From Squalus acanthias (lineage: Eukaryota): 64,000 nt of DNA. Location: NCBI GenBank assembly GCA_030390025.1, contig JASTWF010000048.1, positions 1,736,001 through 1,800,000 of the forward strand. Direction: 5' to 3'. The notes below the pieces were generated by a model. That model was not told the origin of the DNA, ran no database searches, and saw only the letters and a program-made list of their open reading frames with translations. Made by a program: the position numbers and the translations under genes. Below, one piece after another: positions 62,796-64,000 of the stretch. Within the stretch, counting starts at the first letter, position 1, and every line of letters starts with the position of its first letter.

Positions 62796-63443
62796 CAATA
62801 CTCGCCGCACAGTAATAGGTCGCAGAGTCTGTCAGCTCGGAGCCTTCCAGCTGCAGACTGAACTGGTTCTTTGCTGGGTCGAGTTTCACTTTGAATCGAT
62901 TCTCGAAAACCGGCTCGCAGCTGCCGAACTCATTGCACATCCACTGTATTGCCTCTCCCACTTGCCTCCACCAGTGCATGGCATGGCTGCCCATGCTCGC
63001 TCCCTCCAAACTGCACATGAAAGTGAACGGCTTTCCCTGGGGAATAGCGGCCGCGGCTGGAGACTGGATCACAGTGGGTGCAGCCCGAACCCCTAGATGA
63101 GGTTTAAACAAAGAAAATATGTTAGAATCATAGAAGGAAGATCGTAGCATAAAATCGTCGAATTTTACTGCACAGAAGCAGACCATTCCGCTACTTTGAA
63201 AGAGCTCTCCAGTTATTCCCACTTCCCTACAGCCCTTCAAATACCCCCACCAATCCCAGCACTCAAGTATTGATCCAATTCCATTTTGGAAGTTATCATT
63301 GAATTTGGTTCCACTCGTATATCAATGCAATTTCTTTCTTTTACTGTTTGCAATTGATATGTCAATGCATTTTACTTACAACAGATCAAATGTCCGAGTG
63401 ATAAGGTGACCACGATTAAGAACATTCTCGCTGAGAAACACAT
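62796..63443 (-). CDS. Divergent TCR V segment, family 3 (TRDV2-like features), apparently functional
   Basis: Leader 63380-63443 (MCFSARMFLIVVTLSLGHLIC, GTAAGT); V exon 62796-63092 open ending DSATYYCAAS; RSS CACAGCG 62789-62795, 23 bp, ACAAAAACC 62757-62765. Confidence 0.88.
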
Positions 63444-64000
63444 CGCCCTTCCCCGGGGATGACAGGCAGCGTTACTTAGCGACAACGTGTCAGCTGTACA
63501 ATTGCTCTCCTCAACGGTGCTGCCACCGGTGGTGATGAATTACGCGGGAGGACTGAGCAGCCAATCGTCTGCTTGGACCACCCATGTCAACAGTATGAAC
63601 AAATGAGAAGCATTTCCTTTGATAGCATTGTTTATGCCAAATTATGTACGTAGGTGGAAGATCGTAGCGTCAAATCGTAGCATCTTACAGCGCAGAAGGA
63701 GACCATTCGGCCCATCGTGCCTGTGCAGGGTCTTTGAAAGAGCTGGCCAATTAGGCCCACTCCCCTGCTCTTTCCGCATAGACCTGAAACATTTATGTTT
63801 GGTAATACTAGGGAAATGGGCTGGGTTATAAAATCACTCTTTCTTACTGACTTGTCTGGCCTTCTGTCTTTCCCACTTTGCATTCCTTCTTTCTTTCTTT
63901 CCTTCTTTGCTTCTTCTTTCTATTCGACGTTTCTTTATGTCTGCTTTTCATCGGTCTTTCCTTCGTTCTGTCCCTTCCATTCGTTCTGTTCCATGTAGTC

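Noticed and set aside
4813-63443. Immunoglobulin cluster, IgNAR or NAR-TCR organisation
   Set aside because: No D/J/C segments between V genes, no octamer promoters noticed, and CDR2 is present; this is a translocon V array
1-64000. Trypsinogen genes, often interspersed in tetrapod TRB loci
   Set aside because: No IVGG, AAHC or GDSGGP motifs in the ORF track; short exons could have been missed

Overview
Vertebrate genomic DNA, most likely a shark or other elasmobranch (inferred from CR1/HER1-like LINEs and a DeuSINE-like SINE), covering part of the V-segment array of a T-cell receptor locus that I read as TCR beta. I find 22 V segments, all on the minus strand, with a phase-1 leader exon, intron, V exon and, unless truncated, a 23-bp-spacer RSS. 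Nineteen belong to one expanded family resembling mammalian TRBV30 (ending YYCAWS): 12 intact, 6 pseudogenes, 1 cut by the window edge. Two belong to a TRBV6-like family (SVGAG in CDR2). One divergent segment resembles human TRDV2 and carries two extra cysteines. No D, J, C or trypsinogen exons were seen. Intergenic DNA is a mosaic of CR1/L2 LINE fragments, SINEs, a MITE, a 42-bp LINE-tail minisatellite and microsatellites, arranged in tandemly duplicated units. The most notable non-coding signal is a CTCF-like motif, always in the same orientation, 0.26-1.0 kb beyond the RSS of almost every family-1 V. Each V also has an ETS/CRE-like promoter core and one of two upstream promoter modules. Most long ORFs in the track that are not V exons or LINE RT are repeat artefacts. 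Family assignments come from my recall of human V sequences, not from a database search.
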